Below the pieces are notes generated by a model. The model did no database searches. It saw nothing but the letters and a program-made list of their open reading frames with translations, and was not told the DNA's origin. From Bacteroidales bacterium (GTDB taxonomy: Bacteria; Bacteroidota; Bacteroidia; Bacteroidales; UBA3824), in contig JAZLKG010000010.1 of the NCBI GenBank assembly GCA_045597465.1, positions 6,749-70,748 on the forward strand: a stretch of DNA of 64,000 nt. The letters run 5' to 3'. Position 1 is the stretch's first letter; the number at the start of each line of letters is the position of its first letter. This document shows, piece after piece, positions 55,671-64,000 of the stretch. The position numbers were made by a program, and so were the translations under genes.

Positions 55671-57458
55671 ATGGAAAACAGTTTGAAAATCGCTGTGATT
55701 GAAGCCGTTAAGGCTTTGTATGGCAAGGACGCCAATGAGTCACAGGTTCAGATACAGAAAACAAAGAAGGAATTTGAGGGCGACCTCACAATCGTGGTGT
55801 TCCCACTCCTGAAACTCGCTGGCAAGAAGCCCGAGGAACTCGCAAACGAGCTGGGCAACTACCTCGCCGAAAACTGGAGCAACTGCAAGGGCTTCAACGT
55901 TGTGAAGGGCTTCCTGAATATCGTTTTGAAGAAATCGGCAATCACCGATATGCTCCTCAAAATCAATGAGGATCCAAAGTTTGGAATCACTCCCGTAACC
56001 GAGAAGTCAAAGAAAATCGTTCTTGAGTTCTCGTCACCAAATACCAACAAGCCTCTCCACCTCGGTCACCTGAGAAACAACTTCTTAGGCGACTCTATCA
56101 GCAAGATCCTGAAGGCTGGCGGAAACAATGTAATAAAGGTGAACCTGGTAAACGACCGCGGAATCCATATCTGCAAGTCGATGCTGGCCTGGCAGAAGTG
56201 GGGCAACGGCGAGACTCCAGCCTCATCAGGAATGAAGGGCGACCACCTCATCGGCAAATACTACGTGGAGTTCGACAAGCACTACAAGGCTGAGATCAAG
56301 GAACTTATGGAGAAAGGAATGACTGAGGACGACGCCAAGCAGAAGGCTCCCTCAATCATTGAGGCTCACGAAATGCTCCAGAAATGGGAACAGGGCGACA
56401 AGGACACCGTGGAGCTCTGGAAGACTATGAACAACTGGGTTTACGACGGTTTCGACGTTACCTACAAGCGTATGGGCATTGAGTTCGACAAGATTTACCA
56501 CGAGTCGGAGACCTACCTTGAGGGCAAGCAGTACGTGCTCGACGCCCTTGAGAAGGGTATCTGCACCAAGAACGAGAACGGCGCAACAATAATCGACCTC
56601 ACCGACGACGGCCTCGACCAGAAGGTGCTTCTCCGCAGCGACGGCACCACAGTATATATGACTCAGGACCTCGGAACAGCCGCAATGAGACAGCGCGAGT
56701 GGAATTTCGACGAGGCTATCTATGTGGTTGGCAACGAGCAGGATTACCACTTCAAGGCACTGAAACTCGTGCTCAAGAAAATGGGCTTCAGCTGGGCCGA
56801 CGGTATCACACATTTCTCTTACGGAATGGTGGAGCTTCCTAACGGCAAGATGAAATCGCGCGAGGGCACAGTGGTGGACGCCGACGACCTTATGGACGAG
56901 ATGAAGGAGACCGCCCGCAAGACTTCGGAGGAACTCGGAAAACTCAACGAGATGACTCCCGAGCAGCAGGACCTCACCGTAACCACAATCTCTATGGCCG
57001 CCCTCAAGTACTTTATCCTGAAAGTTGACCCAAGAAAGACCATCCTCTTCAACCCTGCCGAGAGTATCGACTTCAACGGAAACACAGGTCCATTCGTGCT
57101 CTACACATACGCACGTATCTGTTCAATTTTCCGCAAGTTGACCGATAAGGGTATGGCCCGCGAGGCGCTTTCTGCCGACTTCGACAAGGCCACCGAGGCC
57201 GAGACAAGTCTGGTTCAGCACATTGCGTCCTTCCCGTCAGCAATCGCCGACGCCTGCAACCTTTGCAGCCCAGCACAGATAGCAAACTACGTTTACGAAC
57301 TCGCCAAGCAGTTCAACGGCTTCTACCACGACCACCCAATGCTCAACGAGGAAGACGCTCAGATCCGCGAGTTCCGTCTCACAATAGCCGAGAACACAGG
57401 CCGAATCATCAAGAAGTGTCTAAATATGTTGGGAATAAATGTATTGGAGAAGATGTAA
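55671..57458 (+). CDS. argS: Arginine--tRNA ligase
   Basis: SSPNTNKPLHLGHLRN (HIGH), the GKMKSREG (KMSKS-like) motif and a DALR-type C-terminal anticodon-binding domain ending ...GINVLEKM. Confidence 0.95.
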   Translation: MENSLKIAVIEAVKALYGKDANESQVQIQKTKKEFEGDLTIVVFPLLKLAGKKPEELANELGNYLAENWSNCKGFNVVKGFLNIVLKKSAITDMLLKINEDPKFGITPVTEKSKKIVLEFSSPNTNKPLHLGHLRNNFLGDSISKILKAGGNNVIKVNLVNDRGIHICKSMLAWQKWGNGETPASSGMKGDHLIGKYYVEFDKHYKAEIKELMEKGMTEDDAKQKAPSIIEAHEMLQKWEQGDKDTVELWKTMNNWVYDGFDVTYKRMGIEFDKIYHESETYLEGKQYVLDALEKGICTKNENGATIIDLTDDGLDQKVLLRSDGTTVYMTQDLGTAAMRQREWNFDEAIYVVGNEQDYHFKALKLVLKKMGFSWADGITHFSYGMVELPNGKMKSREGTVVDADDLMDEMKETARKTSEELGKLNEMTPEQQDLTVTTISMAALKYFILKVDPRKTILFNPAESIDFNGNTGPFVLYTYARICSIFRKLTDKGMAREALSADFDKATEAETSLVQHIASFPSAIADACNLCSPAQIANYVYELAKQFNGFYHDHPMLNEEDAQIREFRLTIAENTGRIIKKCLNMLGINVLEKM

Positions 57459-57513
57459 TTAAACAATCGGAGATTGTTTAATGGACAATGGATAATATCC
57501 GTTAATTAAAAAA

Positions 57514-57544
57514 AGAGCAAACGAGATTATATTTTGTTTGCTCT
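57514..57544 (+). terminator. Intrinsic terminator after argS
   Basis: agagcaaac / gtttgctct stem followed by T8. Confidence 0.8.
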
Positions 57545-57701
57545 TTTTTTTCCACTATTCCCGAACGTCCCACACGTCCCCGACCTCAGCGTTTCGATTG
57601 TATTGGCTGAGGTAGGGGAAATGGAATAATCACCCGTTTTTCTCAAAAAAAATAATTATTTCTCAAAATAATAATTTATATTTGCAGAAAATTGAAACAA
57701 A

Positions 57702-58034
57702 ATGGAAGCAACAATGACATTCAACTCCGTTATGGATTTCTTGGATAATTTGGACATTGAGGCAAAAGAGAATGTAATCACAAGACTTATACATTCAATA
57801 ACTCATCCAGCAAAAAAGAAATCCAAAACAAAAAAAGAGACATTAAATTTAGAATCCAAGCCCAATGAAGCCTTAACCGACGAGGAACGCGAAATCCTTT
57901 TCAACAGATATTGCGGCTCGTGGGATTGGCCAGAGGAAGAATATCCTACCGACCAGTTTATTTCTGATTTGGAAGAAGTTTTGAAAGACAACGAGGATGA
58001 AAAACTGAAACAATTATTTGCTGAATATGAGTAA
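57702..58034 (+). CDS. Hypothetical protein, putative antitoxin partner of the VapC-like toxin
   Basis: 110-aa acidic/basic ORF whose 3' end overlaps the PIN gene start by 8 nt. No family recognised. Confidence 0.45.
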   Translation: MEATMTFNSVMDFLDNLDIEAKENVITRLIHSITHPAKKKSKTKKETLNLESKPNEALTDEEREILFNRYCGSWDWPEEEYPTDQFISDLEEVLKDNEDEKLKQLFAEYE

Positions 58035-58440
58035 GTATTTGCTTGACACCAATATCATAATACACTATGCAAGAAATGCATACGATATAAGAGAAGCCAT
58101 AGCAAAAGTTGGCGTAAATAATTGTTACATTTCAGAAATTACACTTGCTGAACTAAAAATCGGAGACGAAATAGCAAAACAGAAAGGCTATTCCGTAAAA
58201 ACTCCGACGGATGAATTATGCAAACCATTCAAGATATTATCAATAGCTTCTTCCATAAACTTCTTTGCTAAAGAAACTGCAAGACTTCAACATATCGGCA
58301 GACCTTTGCATAATCATTTTGACTTATTAATAGGTTCTACGTCGGTAGTAAATAATATGATTATGGTTACAGAAAACCTTAAAGATTTTGAGAATATCGA
58401 AAATATAAGAATCGAGAATTGGGTAAAGCGAGAAAAATAA
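58027..58440 (+). CDS. PIN-domain ribonuclease (VapC-like toxin)
   Basis: LLDTNIII (Asp1), SEITLAEL (Glu), DLLIGSTS (Asp) and VTEN.KDF. Confidence 0.8.
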   Translation: MSKYLLDTNIIIHYARNAYDIREAIAKVGVNNCYISEITLAELKIGDEIAKQKGYSVKTPTDELCKPFKILSIASSINFFAKETARLQHIGRPLHNHFDLLIGSTSVVNNMIMVTENLKDFENIENIRIENWVKREK

Positions 58441-58469
58441 CGTTTGTTGTGAATTACCGATTTTTTCCT

Positions 58470-58477
58470 TATCTTTG
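58470..58477 (+). promoter_or_regulatory. -7 box TAtcTTTG
   Basis: 28 nt upstream of ATG 58505. Confidence 0.45.
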
Positions 58478-58504
58478 CACAGAAATCCGATAAACTTTCA
58501 GAAA

Positions 58505-60094
58505 ATGGGAATGTTCTTGAATCCAGGGAATGAGAACTTCAGGCAGGCTCTCAGATCCAAAATTTACGTAGATAAGACATTGGCAATAAAGGAGTTCAAT
58601 AACCTTTTGGATACCAACGACAAGTTTATATGTATGACAAGGGCACGCAGATTTGGAAAAACTATGCTCCAAAGTCTTGTGACAGCCTATTACTCAAAGG
58701 GGTGCGATTCAAGAGAGATTTTCAGCAATCTGAAAATTTCTACTGAACTTGCAGACCCTAACGACGTTGAAAAGTATCAGAAAAACCTCAATGCATTCAA
58801 TGTCATACTTATGGATTTCAACGGATTTAAGGCAATGTTGGCTTCAGGGGAAGACTTTTTTGACGCATTACATAAAACCATTTCAGAGGAATTTGTAAAA
58901 GAATTTCCTGATTTGAATTTTGAAAACTGCGATACAATATCTAAATGCATTCAAAAAGTATATGCAGAAACAAATCAGACTTTCATAATCCTTATCGATG
59001 AATATGACTTTTTTGTAAGAAATCAAGTTGATAAGGACACATTTGAAAAATTCCTGGAATTACTCATCAGTCTCTTCAAGAATGCAAGTTTATCTCCTGC
59101 CATTTCATTGGCGTATCTCACAGGTATTCTGCCTATTGTAAGGGACAAAATCCAGAGCAAACTGAATACTTTCAAGGAATATACAATGCTGAATGCCAAG
59201 CCTTTCGAGAAATATATCGGATTCACCAAGGACGAGGTGAAGGCTCTCTGCAAGGAATATAAAATGTCTGCCAACGGTATGAGGCATTGGTACGACGGCT
59301 ACAAGATAAACAACGAGAGTCTCTATAATTCCAATTCGGTGGTGAATGCTCTTTTGAGAGAGGAATTCGGAAGTTACTGGGGACAGACTGGCAGTTATGA
59401 GGCGGTATCAGACTATATAAAATTCGATTTCTTCGGCATTCAGGAAGACGTCGCCAAACTTATTGGAGGTCAGGAAGTAAAAGTGGACGTTACAACATAC
59501 CTGAACACTCTCGACGATTTCAAATCGAAGGACGACGTGTTCACATACCTGATACACTTGGGCTACCTTACATACGTGCCTCAAAACAAGACTTGCAAAA
59601 TCCCAAATTACGAGGTGAATTCTCAATGGGGGAAGGCGCTTATAGGATTGCCACAATACAGCGAGACTCATAAAATCATAAAGGAATCGGAAGACCTTTT
59701 GGACGCCGTAATCAAGTGCGACGACAGTCTCGTTGCCGATTCGCTCAAGAGATCTCACTCGTTGGTAATGAGCAATTTGCAATACAACAACGAGGCTTGT
59801 TTCGCGTCGGCGATAATGCTGTCGTTCATAGCGGCGCGCGATTATTACACCGTCTTTATGGAACTGCCCACGGGCGACGGTTTTGCCGACGTGGTGCTGA
59901 TTCCCTACAAATGCAAGAAGCCCGCCCTCGTAATCGAGTTGAAAATCGACACAGTTGCCGAGACAGCAATCAATCAGATTTACACCAGGAAATACGGCTT
60001 CAACCTCGAGAAATACCGTGGCAACACCCGTTTCATCGGAATCTCCTACAACAAGGAGAGCAAGGAACATTTCTGCAAGATAGAGAAGTGGTGA
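58505..60094 (+). CDS. AAA-ATPase-like protein with C-terminal PD-(D/E)xK nuclease domain (PF09820 + PDDEXK_9-type)
   Basis: FLNPGNENFRQALRSKIYVDKT, RRFGKT (P-loop-like), FIILIDEYD and a C-terminal GDGFADVVLIP...LVIELK (D...ExK). Confidence 0.8.
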   Translation: MGMFLNPGNENFRQALRSKIYVDKTLAIKEFNNLLDTNDKFICMTRARRFGKTMLQSLVTAYYSKGCDSREIFSNLKISTELADPNDVEKYQKNLNAFNVILMDFNGFKAMLASGEDFFDALHKTISEEFVKEFPDLNFENCDTISKCIQKVYAETNQTFIILIDEYDFFVRNQVDKDTFEKFLELLISLFKNASLSPAISLAYLTGILPIVRDKIQSKLNTFKEYTMLNAKPFEKYIGFTKDEVKALCKEYKMSANGMRHWYDGYKINNESLYNSNSVVNALLREEFGSYWGQTGSYEAVSDYIKFDFFGIQEDVAKLIGGQEVKVDVTTYLNTLDDFKSKDDVFTYLIHLGYLTYVPQNKTCKIPNYEVNSQWGKALIGLPQYSETHKIIKESEDLLDAVIKCDDSLVADSLKRSHSLVMSNLQYNNEACFASAIMLSFIAARDYYTVFMELPTGDGFADVVLIPYKCKKPALVIELKIDTVAETAINQIYTRKYGFNLEKYRGNTRFIGISYNKESKEHFCKIEKW

Positions 60095-60134
60095 TTTTTT
60101 CACAAAAAAATATTACCCTTTAAAAAATTATTAT

Positions 60135-60142
60135 TACCTTTG
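60135..60142 (+). promoter_or_regulatory. -7 box TAccTTTG
   Basis: 45 nt upstream of ATG 60187. Confidence 0.4.
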
Positions 60143-60186
60143 CATCTGATTAATTTTGAAGTTAAAACATTAAAATATTGATATCC

Positions 60187-61188
60187 ATGACATTACTGGA
60201 ACAAATCAGAGAAAATGCCAAGAAGGCCAACAAGAGAATCGTGTTGCCTGAGGGCGAGGAAGAGCGCACTTTGAAGGCCGCTGACGTAATCCTCGGTGAG
60301 GGAATTGCACAGCTCGTGCTCATCGGCAACCCCGATACTATTGCCAACAACGCAAAGGCTATGGGCCTCAGCAATATCAGCAAGGCTACAATCGTTGATA
60401 CCAAGACTTTCGACAAGAAGCAGAAGTACGCCGAGATAATGGCAGAGATCCGCGCCGCAAAGGGTATGACCGTAGAGAAGGCTCTCAAGCAGCTCGACAG
60501 CCCTTATTTCATTGGTACACTTATGATTAAGGCTGGTGACGCCGACGGTATGGTGGCTGGAGCCATCTGCTCTACAGCTGATACCATCCGCCCAGCTCTC
60601 CAGTACATCAAGACAGCTCCTGGCGTAAAGACAGTTTCAGGTGCTTTCATCGTAGTAGTTCCAAACAAGGAATATGGTCAGGACGGAGTGTTCCTCTTCG
60701 CCGACTGCGCAGTAAACATCGCTCCTGATGCCGCACAGCTTGCCGATATCGCTGTAATGTCTGCCAAGACCGCCAAGGCTCTCGCCGGCATCGATCCAAA
60801 GGTTGCAATGCTCAGCTTCTCTACAAAGGGCTCTGCACAGCACGAGGCTGTCGACAAGGTGGTAGAGGCTACCAAGCTCGCACAGGCCGCAGCTCCTGAG
60901 CTCCAGATCGATGGTGAGCTTCAGCTCGACGCCGCCCTCGTACAGAAGGTGGCCGACCTCAAGGCTCCTGGCTCTCACGTAGCTGGCAAGGCCAACGTTC
61001 TCGTATTCCCATCACTCGAGGCAGGCAACATCGGCTACAAGCTCGTTCAGCGTCTCGCAGGCGCCAGCGCAGTAGGTCCTATCCTCCAGGGTATGGCCGC
61101 TCCTGTAAACGACCTTTCACGTGGCTGCTACGTAGAGGATATCATCGATACAGTAGCCATCACAGCCCTCCAGGCCGCTGCTAAGTAA
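60187..61188 (+). CDS. pta: Phosphate acetyltransferase
   Basis: RIVLPEGEEERTLKAA, GDADGMVAGA and FPSLEAGNIGYKL, then GPILQG. Confidence 0.9.
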   Translation: MTLLEQIRENAKKANKRIVLPEGEEERTLKAADVILGEGIAQLVLIGNPDTIANNAKAMGLSNISKATIVDTKTFDKKQKYAEIMAEIRAAKGMTVEKALKQLDSPYFIGTLMIKAGDADGMVAGAICSTADTIRPALQYIKTAPGVKTVSGAFIVVVPNKEYGQDGVFLFADCAVNIAPDAAQLADIAVMSAKTAKALAGIDPKVAMLSFSTKGSAQHEAVDKVVEATKLAQAAAPELQIDGELQLDAALVQKVADLKAPGSHVAGKANVLVFPSLEAGNIGYKLVQRLAGASAVGPILQGMAAPVNDLSRGCYVEDIIDTVAITALQAAAK

Positions 61189-61221
61189 CCATTTCACCTT
61201 CGGTGAAAGTTATTTATACAT

Positions 61222-61302
61222 AAATTAAAAGAATTATGAAAGAATTAAAAGAATTACGGCTTAAAGGCATTCTTTTAATTTATTTGTAATTCTTTTAATT
61301 TT
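61222..61302. repeat. AT-only composite hairpin between pta and ackA
   Basis: aattaaaagaatta occurs twice on the left arm, with attcttttaatt and taattcttttaatt on the right arm (nested inverted repeats). Confidence 0.75.
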
Positions 61303-61377
61303 TTGGATAAGGAAAAAGCCAGCATAGCTGGCGTAAAGAAAACTCTTTTCGGATATATTATTAAGGTATATAAAAAA

Positions 61378-62577
61378 ATGAAGATATTAGTTATCAATTG
61401 CGGAAGCTCTTCTCTGAAGTATCAGCTCTTCGATATGACTTCCGACACAGTACTCGCCAAGGGCGGTGTAGAGAAGATTGGTATGGCTGACTCATTCCTG
61501 AAGCATCAGAAGGGTGAGGAGCCTAAGGTAAAGATTGAGAAAGCCATGAACGACCACAAGGAGGCTATCGAGCTCGTTCTCAATACTTTGACAGATTCTA
61601 AGACTGGCGTTATCGCTTCATTGAAGGAGATTGACGCCGCTGGTCACCGTGTATTGCACGGCGGCGAGATCTTCAAGGAGTCTGTCCTCATCAACGACGA
61701 TGTAATCGCCAAGATCGAGGAGCTCGCTCCACTCGGACCTCTCCACCAGAAGGCCAACCTCAAGGGTATCTACGCCATCAAGGCCATCCTCCCAGAGTTG
61801 CCACAGGTAGCAGTATTCGATACAGCTTTCCACCAGACAATTCCAGACTACGCATACATGTACGCCATTCCTTACGAGCTCTATGAGAAGCTCCACATCC
61901 GTCGCTACGGCTTCCACGGCTCAAGCCACAGATATGTTTCAAAGCGTGCATGCGAGTTGCTCGGTCTCGATTACAACAACTCCAAGCTCATCACCTGCCA
62001 CATCGGCAACGGCGCTTCTTTGGCTGCCATCGTCAATGGCAAGGTTGTGGATACCACAATGGGTCTCACACCTTGCGAGGGCGTTATGATGGGTACACGC
62101 TGCGGCGATATCGACCCAGCCGTTTTCCCATTCCTCTTCCAGAACGGCGCTCTCAAGCCAGAGGATATGGACAACTTCATCAACAAGAAGTGCGGTGTAC
62201 TCGGCGTTTCTGGCGTATCTTCTGATATGCGTGATGTAGAGGAGGCAGGCTTTGGCCGCAAGGAGCACAGAGCTGCCCTTTCTCTCAAGATGTACGACTA
62301 CAAGATAAAGAAGTACATCGGTGCCTACATGGCTGCCATGAACGGTTGCGACGCCATCATCTTCACAGGCGGTATCGGCGAGAAGGGCGACACCACACGC
62401 CGTGGCGTTGCCATGAACCTCGAGGCTCTCGGCGTAGAGTTCGACGACAGCATCAACACCGGCCTCCGCGACGAGGAGAAGGTAATCAGCAAGCCTACCT
62501 CAAAGGTGAAGGTTATAGTGGTTCCTACCAACGAGGAGCTCGTAATCGCTCAGGATACAATGGCTTTGGTAAAGTAA
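61378..62577 (+). CDS. ackA: Acetate kinase
   Basis: Start at MKILVINCGSSSLKYQLF. AAGHRVLHGG, YGFHGSSH and IFTGGIGE. Confidence 0.95.
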   Translation: MKILVINCGSSSLKYQLFDMTSDTVLAKGGVEKIGMADSFLKHQKGEEPKVKIEKAMNDHKEAIELVLNTLTDSKTGVIASLKEIDAAGHRVLHGGEIFKESVLINDDVIAKIEELAPLGPLHQKANLKGIYAIKAILPELPQVAVFDTAFHQTIPDYAYMYAIPYELYEKLHIRRYGFHGSSHRYVSKRACELLGLDYNNSKLITCHIGNGASLAAIVNGKVVDTTMGLTPCEGVMMGTRCGDIDPAVFPFLFQNGALKPEDMDNFINKKCGVLGVSGVSSDMRDVEEAGFGRKEHRAALSLKMYDYKIKKYIGAYMAAMNGCDAIIFTGGIGEKGDTTRRGVAMNLEALGVEFDDSINTGLRDEEKVISKPTSKVKVIVVPTNEELVIAQDTMALVK

Positions 62578-62612
62578 GCCGCAGTATCAGACACTTACTC
62601 TTAAACATAAAA

Positions 62613-62647
62613 ATAGCGGATTCACTTCAAAATGGCGAATCCGCTAT
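62613..62647. terminator. Bidirectional terminator after ackA and the convergent peptidase gene
   Basis: atagcggattc / gaatccgctat stem followed by tatttttttg. Confidence 0.75.
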
Positions 62648-62668
62648 TATTTTTTTGTGGCCTGATGC

Positions 62669-64000
62669 TTACTGCTTTTCAACTATAGGGCCAAAGTCTT
62701 CCTCGGATTTGAATTCCAAAAGCGAATTGTAAGTCTGGTCGGGAATCTCGTCACAGCCAAGCCTTACAAAGAATGGGAACTCAAGTTCATCAAATTCAAT
62801 AGTGAAAAAATCATCACCGCTTTTCCAAACCTCTGGTGTAAAGTAGAAATGCTTGTCATTGCAGAAACGGAATCCGCAGTCATCCTCTTTAAACTTATTT
62901 CCGACAATCAGTTTTACCGGAACAGGAATGCCGTTGTCGTTTCTCACTTTCACGAAATACTTGCCATCCTTCTGGCCGCACTCTGCAATGGAGAGATCTG
63001 GACACTTTGGCTGATAATACCAGGGATTGATAAACCAATCAAGATTGTCGCCATAGGCTGTTCGTACGGCATTCAGGAAATCCTCGGCTTTGGGATGCTT
63101 GCCAGCCCACGCAGCGAAGAAATCGTTGATCATATTACCAAACTTATCAGCGCCAAGCACCTCGCGCATCATGTATAATGCCAAGAAAGACTTATCATAA
63201 GAGATAGAATTATAATCCCTGGACGAGGCGAATGAATACGAAGGAGTGAATACAACTCCCTCAGTATAACTAACACTTTCATCCAGCTCACCTGTGGGAC
63301 CCATCATCTCCATATAGCAGAAGCCAACGTAATTGCTTTTGCTGTGTATTACATCCCGGCCTTTCACAAGATATGGCAGAAGCATGGCGAACCCTTCGTC
63401 CATAAAACCTTCCCTGGCCTGATTGAAACCTGCCACAAAAGGTGCGTACTGATGCGCAAGCTCGTGACAGACAACAAATTGAGATGATTCATCGTCCATC
63501 CAGCGAATGCCAAGGTTCACCATTCCGGGAAACTCCATTCCACCCGACTGGTGCCCATTGTCGAAGAGAACAATCTGCTTATAAGGGAATGCAATTTTGC
63601 TGAAAATAGGCTGGATGCCTCTGATAAAAGACTTGGCAGGCTCCCTGGTATCCTTTATAAAATTACCTTCCCTCGACATAATTACCAACTGAACCTCACC
63701 TGAAGCACTTGGTACAACGTCTTTTGTTACTTTCATATCCTTGGAAGCTGCAAAAGAAAAGTCGAAGAAACCATTGGCAATAAAATGCCAGTTGTTGTCG
63801 GCATTTGCCTTGTAGTCGGGAATTGCTCCGTCTGCTGTTGGCACTGATGCATAAACATAATAGTTGTCATGAGTTTTAATGTCGACATCATAATCGGCCA
63901 GCTCATAATAGAATTCCTCCATTCCGGTGTGATTCACCATATCCCAGCCGTTGTCGTCATATACCGCAATCTGCGGATACCAGTAACCCACGAAATAATT
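62669..64000 (-). CDS. M1-family (gluzincin) zinc metallopeptidase, 5' end outside the window
   Basis: HELAH-x18-E (VCHELAHQY...FMDEG). The reading frame stays open to the window edge. Confidence 0.7.
   Translation of the reverse strand, partial: NYFVGYWYPQIAVYDDNGWDMVNHTGMEEFYYELADYDVDIKTHDNYYVYASVPTADGAIPDYKANADNNWHFIANGFFDFSFAASKDMKVTKDVVPSASGEVQLVIMSREGNFIKDTREPAKSFIRGIQPIFSKIAFPYKQIVLFDNGHQSGGMEFPGMVNLGIRWMDDESSQFVVCHELAHQYAPFVAGFNQAREGFMDEGFAMLLPYLVKGRDVIHSKSNYVGFCYMEMMGPTGELDESVSYTEGVVFTPSYSFASSRDYNSISYDKSFLALYMMREVLGADKFGNMINDFFAAWAGKHPKAEDFLNAVRTAYGDNLDWFINPWYYQPKCPDLSIAECGQKDGKYFVKVRNDNGIPVPVKLIVGNKFKEDDCGFRFCNDKHFYFTPEVWKSGDDFFTIEFDELEFPFFVRLGCDEIPDQTYNSLLEFKSEEDFGPIVEKQ

Noticed and set aside
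1-64000. rRNA, tRNA, tmRNA, integrase or IS transposase genes
   Set aside because: None were recognised. All intergenic gaps are short or occupied by the repeats described, and no DDE or tyrosine recombinase motifs were seen in any ORF. A covariance-model scan would still be needed to exclude small RNAs.

Overview
This 64 kb window reads as a chromosomal segment from a Bacteroidota (Bacteroidales-like) genome. The signs are TAnnTTTG -7 promoter boxes 20-45 nt upstream of many starts, A-rich leaders with no Shine-Dalgarno sequence, lipoprotein and T9SS sorting signals, a DUF1573 protein, and a Rho with a very large N-terminal insertion. I support about 55 protein-coding genes. I found no rRNA, tRNA or CRISPR array.

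Core genes include an aldo/keto reductase, a PhoA-type alkaline phosphatase, a NupG-like permease, pyrB-pyrI, a rhomboid protease, gmhB, kdsB, rho, a PPi-type phosphofructokinase, argS and pta-ackA. Hemicellulose-active enzymes are scattered through the window (GH127, GH3, CE1-like esterase, GH115, GH43), with no SusC/SusD pair present.

The most interesting part is two visibly AT-rich accessory islands, at about 32.4-41.5 kb and 43.8-49.4 kb, flanking a core-looking PiT phosphate transporter gene.
- Island 1 carries a six-gene minus-strand operon: an XRE-like HTH protein, a nuclease-methyltransferase fusion, an HsdS-like subunit, two membrane proteins and a GIY-YIG protein. Two Rpn-family PD-(D/E)xK genes lie next to it.
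- Island 2 carries a tightly coupled cassette of an ABC-like ATPase and a small PD-(D/E)xK-like protein, which I cannot assign to a named defence system. It also has a second nuclease-methyltransferase + S pair.
- Neither restriction-modification locus has an HsdR helicase. The methyltransferases carry an N-terminal HsdR_N-type PD-(D/E)xK domain, so I infer a BcgI-like type IIB architecture.
- As sequenced, two key island genes are broken by single-base frameshifts in or near short homopolymers. These could be real decay or assembly errors.

Several families of structured intergenic repeats are also present: 28-nt perfect palindromes, tandem hairpin modules, (TCAAAAA)n leaders, a roughly 185-bp element with 19-bp inverted termini, and an AT-only composite hairpin between pta and ackA.

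All functional calls come from motif recognition by eye. No database search or GC computation was possible.
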